Assembly (NCBI GenBank): GCA_013115145.1
Contig: JAAPAO010000278.1
Location: 1-43,806 of the forward strand
Direction of reading: 5' to 3'
Length of the DNA: 43,806 nucleotides
Source of the DNA: Perkinsus chesapeaki ATCC PRA-425
Lineage: Eukaryota; Protista; Perkinsozoa
A model generated the notes under the pieces. It saw only the letters and a program-made list of their open reading frames with translations, was not told the DNA's origin and ran no database searches. Positions 1 to 10,296 of the stretch are shown here, piece by piece. The first letter of the stretch is position 1, and each line of letters starts with the position of its first letter. Both the position numbers and the translations under genes were made by a program.

Positions 1-112
1 CCCCCCCCCCCCCCCGGGGGGGGGGGGGCCCGTTTCCCCTCCCCCTCTTTTTTTTTTCCCGGGGGGGGGGTTTTTTTTTTTTTAAAAAAAAAAAAAAAAA
101 CCCCCCCCCGCC
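1..112. other. Low-complexity homopolymer block, probably a contig-end or sequencing artefact
   Basis: Consecutive C, G, T and A runs with no information content at the window start. Confidence 0.7.
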
Positions 113-940
113 GTTTTCGGGTTTTCGGGTTTGGCAAATAAGGGGCCACATCTACGTACCACATCCACGAAAAGGGACATCAATCATGACCACGGTCATT
201 ATCCTGATTCATTTGAACTCTGGCCAAATGTGGACGCGTTACAAGCAGTGCTGCCCAGTTAGCTCGAGCCAGGCTACTATCAATCCTGCTCGTGTTCCTG
301 TTGAGAGCGAACAGTGACGCAGCGGCAGGGAAAATGCGTGAAGCAAAGGGAGTGCGAATGATTGGAGTGGCATCGCACGGACCGCACTTGCAAGATAATT
401 GTGTACTGCACAAAATGTAATTATTCCATTTGTGTACAAGATATCACGAAATAAGCACTTATTATCACTTATTCACAGACTAGCGGCGTAGTCCCGTGAG
501 GCACCGCTATGCCCTGTTGATTTTGCCCATCCCTCAACCGCCCTAGGACGATGGCATCGTCAGACATCTCCCTACCTACCATCGTAACGATGGTTAATGT
601 CTCTACACAACTAATCCCAATGCCTGCCATCGTGAGACATGAGAAGCACCTATTCCTCTTGTGCTGTAGATCCAGCAGATTGGGGTGATGTGCTTTCCCC
701 CTTCCCACACTCCCGTACCAAGGGTTTTTTTAGTGAATGGAGCCGTCATCAAGAGCAATTACTTATCTCTGGCTCCCAACGCTGTTCCCGACGTTTCCGA
801 CTCGGAGTCGTGGCTGGTTCAGAGACTTTCAACATATAACCAACCACAACGAAAACCGAATATACCTCCGCTAACAATGCGTTGATAAGTATCAATATTT
901 CCGGCAGCTGCATCAATCGGCTTCGCTTTTCCCAGTCCTG

Positions 941-1697
941 TTACAGTCGTTGCTTTTGCGTTGCATGAAGCCAGTGAATATATCCGCCCATTCTGCGGCT
1001 GTTATCTCGTGCAGTGTCTGTCCATGTTTGTCTCAAGCGCTCACTCCCTCGTATGCTTGGTGAGACAGTCAGCCATTCCTTAGAGTTGAAACTACTTATC
1101 GAAACACTGCGTAGGTCGAGTATTGTACTCCGAAATGGTGTGCAAGTCACCGAAGGTCATCATCCAACTTGGATGATCCAAGTGCAATACAAAGATATAT
1201 AATTCGTGCTTTATCTGTCTGATCGTCTCGTGGTTGTCATGAATTTCCGAATGTAACTTCGAGTTACTAACTTGGAACTCAAGATATTAAACGAGCAATT
1301 ACATATTTGTGAAATGATGTGAATCAGTCGGTAGACACGACGCTCTAGTGGGTTCCCATTAATCCTGTCCGGCAATGGAGCACGTGCTGTTCCCCTCACA
1401 GATGGTCTTGATCCCGCCTAGCCGTTGCGCAGCTTCCTTCAAGAACTTCTCCAGGGTCGCAGTGTCGACTGTTTCGCTAGAGGTCTCGACGACTTGGATT
1501 TTGACTGCTTTTAGTGTCTCGACTTTGGCGTTGGCTAAGAATTCAGGTACCGTTCGGCACTCCTCGGGGAGATCTTCAGTAGAGACCCCGGCCTCCCGCA
1601 AGATCGCTGGAAGGTCACGAACATCAACCATGCTAGAGTCGCACTCCTTCTCAATGCTCACAAGGCTTTTCTCATCCGCTAGGTTATGCATCGACAT
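941..1697 (-). CDS. Hypothetical multi-exon protein; 3' end uncertain
   Basis: Protein-like ORF 1359-1697 (MSMHNLADEKSL...) plus downstream exon-like segments bounded by GT-AG. No family recognised. Confidence 0.35.
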
Positions 1698-1768
1698 AAG
1701 AAAGGAAAGCTACTGAGACTGGGGCTACAGTCACGACATATAACGCAAAATAGGCTTGTCGAAGGCTT

Positions 1769-3942
1769 TCACGCACTTTCTTGCATTGCATCACTAAGTA
1801 AAATTCTAAAAAGGTCGAAGTTCCGTGCCTGGCCAGAGTCCGAACCGGCAGCATGCTCCAAGGCAATTGGTCGGTTGAAGATGAGTGGCACCGTTTGCTC
1901 ACAACTGGACCCATGAGACCGCAGCCTGGGCACCTGGGAAACAGCCGCCTCGCGCTGGGCGATCCATATGGCGTACTTGGGAAAGGTCGTGATAATCCGG
2001 CGTCTTCCCAAATACAGTTCGATGACCACCGTCCAAGACTAGATCACCCAAGCGGTCAGCAGGCAGTTCGAAAGCAAGTGCTGCTTCATCACGGCGCCGG
2101 ACCTGAAGAGATCAATAGGAACAAGTGAGAGAGTGCAGCAAGGCTTTGCTTAACGTCAATAGACCTTTGACTTTGACATTAAAGGATAAATGTAAAGCAA
2201 GATACCCTTGATATTTCTTAGTCAAGTCAAATGCAGATAGATCAACCCACCTTGAACGGAGCTTCTTCGGACTTGGCCAAATCTTCAAGCACGGCCGTTC
2301 CACTGTCAAGAGACTCGGGTGGTAGATATACAACGGCATACCCTCCCAGTGCACCATGGTGACGGACCTGTCACAAAGAGAATGATAAGGATGGGTATCG
2401 ATAGGGACCCTTACATAGGGGTCTGTTATTGGCAAGATGCATCTTCCTCCTGCCACCCCGTGAGCAGCTAGCTCAGCTTCGATGTACACAACGTTTGGCT
2501 CGAGGCCTGTCGCAGAATCAGTCTGAATAGCATAGGGCATTAGATTGAGGAAGGGAAACAGTGACAGGAACGACCGAGTTAACCGTATTATGGTGAAAGC
2601 CCCTCTGGTAAGCTGACCAGCAAGAACCATTTCGGCTCGTCTAGACTTCAATCCTTTCCCATGTCCCAGGCCGAGGGTCACTTCAAACGACCTACCTTGT
2701 CATTCATACCATGATCAGCTGTTATACCAACAACAACGCCACGGTCATGTAGAGGTCCGAGCCTTTTATCGAGCTCCTTGTAAAAGATGACTGCCTCGTA
2801 GTCGTCTGGTGCATGCTTGTGTTGTACCTTTAAAAAGGGTATATTCTCTAGGCACTGAAATGAAGTGGTCACATAGTCGGTGGTTGAGAAGTACGCCAAG
2901 ACGCGCTTATCAGGCCTCGTGCGTCGCACTAGTTCCAGAAGGCTAATGCCCAGATCGAGCATAAACAGGGACGATTCGGCGGAGTATACACTCGGCACTT
3001 TCTGCCATGAAGTTGTCAGATCTTGAAATGAGGAAATCTCCCCATATGAGAATCTGATTAGGATTAGAGTAGACCAGTAGTCAACAGACGGCATCACTTT
3101 TCCAATGCTGCACACACTGTAGCATCGGCGGCTCGCTCTGCTGAGAGGCCAATCCACCGGTCACCGTTGTCACCAGGTAGACCCGCCGTGAGCATGCTTA
3201 GTAGCTAACAACTTTAGCTGCAATAAATATAACAGGGGCCGCCGCGGCCGTACTTTGTCCTTCACTGTAAGTATCACTGCAACCGTGTCTGGGGCGTTGA
3301 GGAACTCAGAAAATATCGTTGGGCATCGGAGAAGACTGGGTGAAGTCATCATAACCTGGAAAGTATCGTGCGCCAGTTACGAGGGATCCGGTGACCTCTT
3401 CGCCCTTATCAACATCAAAGTAGTAGTTGCCGGCAATGCCGTGGAGAGCTGGAGGAACGCCAGTGATGATGGACATGTTGTTAGGGTTCGTCAGCGTTGG
3501 CATCGCAGAGCGTGCCTCGCCCATGTGACCTTTAGACCTGGCATCTAGCTCTACACGGGAGCTTGTCAGGCTACTCACTCTGTAAGCATCTTTCGATAGA
3601 GATTGGGCATGTGAAACTTAGCATGTTTGAGGTATTCAGGACCACACCCATCAATACATATACCAGCTACGTGTTGACCTGCCTTCGGTAGCTGGTAGAG
3701 GTTGCCATTTACCTAATTCGATCAATGCCTAATTGATTAATTTCACCTACGGAAAGTAAGACCAGCTAAACTTCCCTAAGCACTACTATATGAACCGATG
3801 GACGGCCTGGACGAAAGCTGTGTGGTCAACAGAGTGTCGGGCAGGCAGGCTTACGACTTCGCGATCATCGATTTGGCATCACCTCGAAAGTTCGTGCCGT
3901 TGTCAGGCAACGCCTGGCGATTGTTGCCTGGTGCAGCAGCAT
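1769..3942 (-). CDS. phnA: Phosphonoacetate hydrolase (alkaline phosphatase superfamily), multi-exon, with N-terminal mitochondrial-like presequence
   Basis: The spliced product has the PhnA motifs in order: VNGNLYQLP, ICIDG, MPTLTNPNNMSIITG, TVKDK, PSVYSAE, STTDY|VQHKHAP, ITADHGMNDK, ILPITDPYV, LRSHG..EQTVPLIFNR, RNFDL. First exon MLLHQATIARRCLTTARTFE; intron 3713-3882. Confidence 0.92.
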
Positions 3943-4183
3943 AGGAGGCAGGAGGGAGTAGCCACACTGTCGTGATATTAACATGAGACCAAACTTCCGC
4001 TGATGGGCAATGTTGATGTGGATGAGCTTAGAATTATCCTTGGCACCGTCCCACAAGGAAAACGCAAATTGGAAAAGTAGTCGATGAGAAAAAGCAAGCG
4101 TCATCCACTTTCTAAGTTATATAGGAACCTTCTTGTTCAACTATCTATAGTTCTGCGGTGGCGATAAGGAGCCCAATCCCCGA

Positions 4184-5654
4184 TCAAGGGAAGGGAAGCA
4201 ATGTGGCCTCCACGCCGATTTCCTCACCTGTGACGGAGTAATGGTTAAGATTATAGGCAGAAGCAGCTTACCTAGTTTGGATAGATCTTGCTGGACGTGA
4301 TCGGTTGCTGCATCCTCACCCACGGGAATGGCTATGGTCAAAGTCGTATCGAAAACGTCATACCTGGTAGCCGGAAAGAACGGCTTGAACAGTTTAATGT
4401 TCAGATATCAGCTGCTGCCAGCCATCACACGACGCGCAGCATTAGTATTGCATTAGTCCAGAAGCTTACCCAATATGAGAGCCCGGCACAACTTCTGACT
4501 TAAGATCGAGTATGTTGATTTCTTTACGCTGTAGATACCTAAAGTAGTTTACTTATGAAAGGGTCCGCGAAACTCTTCAACGCCGTTAGCGTAAGGCAGG
4601 CCTACACACGTCGATCGATTGACATGAATATCACGAGTAGCGTAGAGCAGATGCCAGTCGATAAGCACTCCATTAGAAGTGAAAAGGGGGGCACACCTCA
4701 TCATCACAGGTTAAGCTGCCCGCACTAAGTCTCAAAACGGAACACAGAAGTAGGTTTGGCCTACTCGCAAAGGCGTCCAAGAATGTTATAGTCGTCCGGT
4801 CCACAAATCCTAAGTTGTCTGGTTATTGTAGGCGCTGAGAAACACCGTGCTCCTCACTAACACTCGGAGGCTCACCTCCAGCCTGTTGAGTGACAATCTC
4901 CCCAGCAGTCGGTTTGACGCCCACAAGATAACTGAAACGACCACGGTAAGTATGGTAGTGGCAGAAATTGAAATGGGAGCCGAAAGTGTTGAGATGGTCG
5001 TATTTAAAAAGCACATCGGCAGTAGAGGGTCTGATTTTACTCAGGAAAGGTACTGTTAAGTCTCTCCTTGAGCTCGTCCACTCGCTCAGATTGAAGATGT
5101 ACCTAACGTGAGATATTTTTGGCGAGTGCGTGATATTCGACGACGATAAAAAAGGCATATTGAGAGACAAGCCGGTTTAGCTTAGTGGTAGAGCGTCAGT
5201 CTTGTAAACTGAAGGTCGGCGGTTCGATCCCGCCATCCGGCTAATTTGTCGTTCAGTAAGTTGTCAAAATACACGCTCACTAGCCAGTGGTCCCTGACGC
5301 ATAGCGTTACCTCTGCCATGACTGTGAAGTCCTGTCCTAAAATGGTCATGCGTGTACGGCCCAGGTTGCCCTCAACAGGGGTGATGCAGTTTTTGCACAA
5401 GTCATGGACTAAGCCAATTCTATTGGAACCTGACACATCGCTGAGCGCAGCTGTCTCTCTGGAAGGTCAGAGGAGAAAGCAACTCTCAGAACATGTTCTA
5501 TCGTACGACTTACTATCGCCTCACCTGAGACACATACAATGACTGAATCGAAGGGGTTGATGGTATCAGAAGTCATGCGTCTGACGCTTATCCCCCCGAA
5601 AAGGCTCTGGATGGGACGCACGGAGAAAAATCGACGACCAGTGATGAGTGACAT
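4184..5654 (-). CDS. Tandem ACT-domain protein resembling bacterial GcvR, with mitochondrial-like presequence
   Basis: Spliced product: VIVCVSGSNRIGLVHDL..GNLGRTRMTILGQDFTVMAE|VHLQSERVDELKERL (ACT1) and RQLRICGPDDYNILGRLCE|YLQRKEINILDLKSE..FDTTLTIAIP..QQDLSKLG|EEIGVEATLLPFP* (ACT2). Collinear with E. coli GcvR as I recall it. Confidence 0.72.
5171..5242 (+). tRNA. tRNA-Thr(UGU), nested antisense in intron 5103-5310 of the ACT gene
   Basis: Cloverleaf: D arm GCTT/GAGC, anticodon stem TCAGT/ACTGA with loop CT-TGT-AA, T loop TTCGATC. One U6-U67 mismatch in the acceptor stem. Confidence 0.93.
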
Positions 5655-5783
5655 GAGTAGATGGGATAAGCTACAGAGATGGAATATACGGCAAACACAA
5701 CGCTTATCGGAGAGAGTGGCTGTCGATACACCATCGGGACGAAATGCTATGCATATACGAAGTAACAGACATGAATCAATGAG

Positions 5784-7223
5784 TCAATTAATGGGGGTGT
5801 TCTCGTTACTAGACTTTATCGTAGGAGGACCAGTTGAAAGCCATCTCTTACGTATCTGCACCAGGGATGTCGTTTTGCCAACTCTACTTCTTACCCCATT
5901 CACCCATTCCCCTTCGTAGGTAATTCCCGAAGCCGTAGTGAAGGAGCCTCGCCCGTGCTGCTTTCCTCCAACCCATTGCCCTCGGTAAACTCGGCCATTC
6001 GGCCATTTGAACGTCCCAACTCCTGAGTTCATGAATATTCAAATAATGAAGGGTCCCTCACCTTGGCGAAGGTCATCTGCGTGCTCTCCTTCGTAGAGTC
6101 TACCGTCTGGCCAACTATACTTACCTTTGCCATGCATGCGATTGGCCTTCCAACTTCCTCGATATCTGATGGCACAGGCCCATTGTGCAGGAACTGCACT
6201 ACAAATGCGCGAAGATAGTTAAAGACAACACAGAGTTATGCAAAAGCCCAGTTCACAAGCCTCTGAGCATACGGAGATGAACACAAAGCATTCTTACTGT
6301 ACCATCCTTTTGCTCACATTCTCCCGTCTGGCCAACGGAATTCGCCCTGCCCTTCGACATCGTTCTTGTAGAACTCTCCCCAGTAACAGGAATCATCCTT
6401 CCAAGTAAAACAACCAATACCGTGCTTCTTTCCGTCAACGTAGCTGAGAAAAATCTAAATGACCCGATTCTGTGGGCCAAGAGAACTAAGCCTTCTTAGC
6501 TTAGTTGGTAGAGCACCCGCTTAGTAAGCGGGAGGTCGTCGGTTCGACTCCGGCAGAAGGCTTATGCTATTGCTCGCGTGTGCTGAAGTACCTTCCTGAA
6601 TACCGTGACCCATCTGCCCACTTCTCTTCACCATCGCCATGTTTCAGGTCTCTGATCCAGCTACCTCTGTATCTGACGGAAGCCTTCCTATAACATAATA
6701 TCTGCAGGCCAATGCCGAGTTCACAATAATCCATGAAGTGACCACGCGCAACCACGACCAAAACTTTCCTGTAAGCTCAGGGGAGGGGCCCCGATCATCG
6801 AATGACCGCTAGACCCTGAGCCTCACCTCACCTGCTACGTTTACACTTGTAAGTCCCTCGCCCGTTTGCCCTCCCACCAGCCCACTGGCCTTCATAATAA
6901 TCACCGTTCCTGAGCTTATGGGAGTCAAGTCACACTGGGAGGAGGATGCAGGTATTGGTGACTTACGGATATTGTAGTCGACCCCAACCATGTTCAACAC
7001 CATTATACACCTGCCCCTCGTAGCATGACCCATCAACATGTTTCAGTTTCCTGAACTCTACCCTGCCCAAGAGTGGATATCACACCAGAGGGGTCTATGG
7101 AGGATAGGAGCGGCCAAGCAGCTCACTGTAACTTGGACGTTTCCACCTCTTTAGGTGATTTGTGGGTGGTTGTACTCTCGTTCTCTGAAACAGCTGTGCA
7201 GATCTCCTACGAATCGGAAACAT
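5784..7223 (-). CDS. MORN-repeat protein, multi-exon
   Basis: Repeated YxGxWxxGxxHGxG motifs across exons (CYEGQVYNGVEHGWG, YRGSWIRDLKHGDG, YSGS|YVDGKKHGIG, YRGSWKANRMHGKG, YRGQWVGGKQHGRG). Confidence 0.88.
6490..6562 (+). tRNA. tRNA-Thr(AGU), nested antisense in intron 6444-6591 of the MORN gene
   Basis: Acceptor GCCTTCT/AGAAGGC, anticodon stem CCCGC/GCGGG with loop TT-AGT-AA, T loop TTCGACT. Confidence 0.95.
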
Positions 7224-7427
7224 GGACTCTTAGTGCTCAGCCTGCCATACCTCTGTAGAGGCTAATTGGTCATAGGAGCATGCTTCGACAGCGCAAGACA
7301 TCGCTGATCCCATCACAACCCCGAAACTACAACTTACGGACCAGGCAGGAAAACAAGGAGGCCAAAAACACCGCAGAAAACCATCTCAACTTTGGACGAG
7401 CCCAGAAAGAGCCTAGACAGATACAGA

Positions 7428-7500
7428 GGGGGACTAGCTCAAATGGTAGAGCGCTCGCTTAGCAAGCGAGAGGCACCGGGATCGATGCCCGGGTTCTCCA
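7428..7500 (+). tRNA. tRNA-Ala(AGC)
   Basis: Acceptor GGGGGAC/GTTCTCC, discriminator A, anticodon loop TT-AGC-AA, ATCGATG T loop typical of eukaryotic tRNA-Ala. Confidence 0.95.
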
Positions 7501-7504
7501 TTTT
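7501..7504 (+). terminator. Pol III oligo-T terminator
   Basis: TTTT immediately after tRNA-Ala. Confidence 0.6.
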
Positions 7505-7705
7505 AAAAATACGTTTCTCCTCTTGAGGTCGCTTAGCCGGGACCTTTAAATATCCGCATCCAATCTCCGAGCTTGAGCGTTGCAAAAGCGTGAAAGCCCC
7601 ATGGTGATATACAACTTCTGGCTCCTTCGAAGACGCCTGAGTGGCTACGGGGTACCCGCAGACGTCTACAATCCTTCGCAGGAATTAAAGGAGTTCTAAC
7701 ACTAG

Positions 7706-7751
7706 CATGCGGTAACCAGCGGCAGCCGCTGAGCGGCTGTGACGCCGCATG
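7706..7751. repeat. Compound inverted repeat (hairpin)
   Basis: Outer stem CATGCGG/CCGCATG enclosing inner arms CAGCCGCT-g-AGCGGCTG. Confidence 0.7.
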
Positions 7752-7821
7752 AACCGATCAGCACGCCGACGTATTGAGCGCAAGGGTTTCACGAACAACA
7801 CAGTCTAGGATGAAAGTCTCA

Positions 7822-7855
7822 TCACAACTTGTGAGTCACAAGTTGTGACTCACAA
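7822..7855. repeat. Alternating TCACAA/TTGTGA palindromic array
   Basis: TCACAA-c-TTGTGA-g-TCACAA-g-TTGTGA-c-TCACAA, 7-bp period. Confidence 0.85.
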
Positions 7856-8032
7856 GGCCCAAGACTTCGAACTTTCCAACAAGCTTTTGACTACTAAACC
7901 CACGACGTGTATTAACTATGAGGAAAGAAGACTGAACACCGATGAAGTTAACCTCTCTGTACCACCTCTCATCGAGTTAATTCTAGTAACTAACACAAAC
8001 TGTATTAGATACGTTTAGGAAACAATCCATAA

Positions 8033-10163
8033 TCAGAGCACCCCGTTGGGCGTCCAGATGCCAACGACACCAGTGTCAGTTGAGTACGCCACCACTGAGT
8101 TCCCATTGGGGCCCTCAGTGACAGCTATCGACAGTACAGCAGTGTTCAAGTCTACACTAAACCTGAACCAATAACACTCTACGTCGCTCTCTGTGATAGG
8201 TGCTTCACCTCTGAATGCTGGCACCCGAAGCAACCTTGCTTTTCCATACCCTCGACGGAGGGGAGTCTGTGACCGGAGTCAAGCCGGGCCACCATCTAAA
8301 GAGACCACCCTACGCAGTAAACCCAGCAGCCTCGGCGACGGAGGTACCTCCTTTCAGACTTGCTCTGACGTTCCCCATTATGGTCCCTTGGAGGCGCGGT
8401 GGCCGCGGACTTCCCAGCGCTGCTGTCGGGGCTCCACGTCCATCGACACAGTTGACCGTCGACCCCTCCAGACACCATACACATAGCAGATGCAGCACCT
8501 GTAGTTGAGAAAGCTCTTCACAAGACTAAAACTCGAGCGCTACCGATAGGCATCTCACAACAGCAATTGGTGTTCACGCTGTGGGCCAACCTTGAGACCT
8601 GAAACCAGCCAGGTTATCGGATACAGGAAGAACTGCGGAGCCGGGAGTACCGTAGGCTGGGTAGCAGATGACTTCCCATTACGCCAGTCCCAAACATGCA
8701 GTCGACCCTCAGAGTCACCAGCACACAAGACGCCGCTCTCTGGGTAGGTGCTGAGACATGTGAGGGAGGTCGACAAGGAACCTGCAGCCCCAGCTGGCCT
8801 GATTAATGTTATTGAGATACTATACGGAGAGATATGCTTACAGGCTGAGAACGGAAGAGGCAGCGGCTGTTGGTGAGACCCTAAGGTCGAACAGTTGAAT
8901 GTGCCTGAGAGAAGTTGTGCACCGCGGACGGAGGGAAGGACTACCTCCCACTGGTGACGGCAAGTATGTTTTCCGCGTCCACAAATCTACACGAAGAGCT
9001 ACCGCTTAGCACAACACCTGGCCCTCCACCGGTGGATGTCGAGCTGCCGCTCACTGGTCTGCGATATACTGGACCACGCTGCATGACGTTTATATGAAAC
9101 CTAGGACAGGTGTTAAGCTATACTCGAGTCGGATGAAAGGTGACTGCAAGGTGAATGCGGGAAGAGTACAAGTAGAAGCATTGATTCGCATGAGATGTTA
9201 GCTTTATACAGCTTCCTTAACCCTATACTCTAAGTAAGGAGTGTAATTATAACTATGGTATTTGCTATAACGAAGGCCATGTTGCTTAGCACTAAAGCAG
9301 CAACACGGTTATGGATAGGACATGCCACTATACTGTCTCACTGCAACAGTGGTAGCAACGGCGATGAGCAATCTACTCGGTTAGAATCCTTCAACAACCA
9401 CAGGTCCCATCTCAGTTACACTTTCAGGCCGCCTCTAGCCGATATAGTAGCGATGATATGTCCAGCATTAGTAACATCGAAATCGAGCAATGAGTCTTCC
9501 TCGGACCCAGCAGGGGAGTACAACTCGTTCACAGAACGTGTGGAGGGATCCACAGTGAACATGCAGCCTGAGGTTAAGCATGCCCCCTCCGACTAACCTG
9601 CCGCCTTACCATCAATGGTCGCCAGTATAACGACACCCTTTTCAGTAGCAGCTAGACGCACTGGTCTGTTAGTGTCCGTCAGACCAAGCTCGGATGCGGT
9701 GCCACTACCAGGATGACCAGACTCAATCGACAACGCACCTGACCGAAAGCCAAGCAGCCAATCGGCATGCCAACCCTGGGCATCAGAGCTCACCCTCGTG
9801 GTGCTCCAGCCAGCTGAGCCCTCTATCTCCAGCACACAGCAGTTCTGGCCGACCGTCAGCCCCTTTGCACCATATCATCGACCGAACTGTATCCCCAAGG
9901 AAGGTGTATCCAGATTGCTGCTGTTCATGTCGTGCTGCTGCCTCTCCAGCTGTCAAGTACTCCGCGGCATCGATGTTAGAGGGTGTGCCATCCAAACCTG
10001 AGGACACTCACTTGACCTCCAGGCAGCAGCAGCATACAGTGTGACTAAGATTATACCAACCTCTGATGACGGGGAACGGTGTGCTGAATTTGCTGCTGGC
10101 CAGAGATGCCCGATTGTTGCGGCCTCCTGGTTGCCCGCTCACAGCCGAGGAAATGAAGACCAT
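8033..10163 (-). CDS. WD40-repeat protein, multi-exon
   Basis: WD-like segments: LCAGDSEGRLHVWDW, VSGGVDGQLCRWTW, VAYSTDTGVVGIW. Start codon inferred. Confidence 0.65.
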
Positions 10164-10296
10164 ATCGCACCCTGCAAACTAGCTCCTCCTCCTCCCGCCT
10201 CAACCCGAAGCCGTTATTGATTCAACATTGTGGAAACGTTTTGCAGCAGTATTATGATGATTATGTTGTTGACAGCGGAGCGATGCAACTGTTTTT

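Noticed and set aside
1-135. Homopolymer runs and two TTTTCGGG units as a possible telomere
   Set aside because: Only two units, with the G-rich strand in the wrong orientation for a left chromosome end; looks like a contig-end artefact.
1040-1697. MADCLTK and DEKSL..DLPAILRE as a possible copia RNase H remnant
   Set aside because: Motif spacing is wrong, introns intervene, and no RT, integrase or LTR is visible.
5171-5242. U6-U67 mismatch in tRNA-Thr(UGU) as evidence of editing or a pseudogene
   Set aside because: A single internal acceptor-stem mismatch is commonly tolerated and could be a base-call error; all other arms are intact.
1769-5654. phnA and the GcvR-like gene as bacterial contamination
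   Set aside because: Both are interrupted by several GT-AG introns and are contiguous with eukaryotic genes and tRNAs.
7505-7820. ATGGGGCTTTCAC on the minus strand as RNase MRP CR-V
   Set aside because: No convincing CR-I (GAAAGUCCCC-like) partner on the same strand at the right distance.
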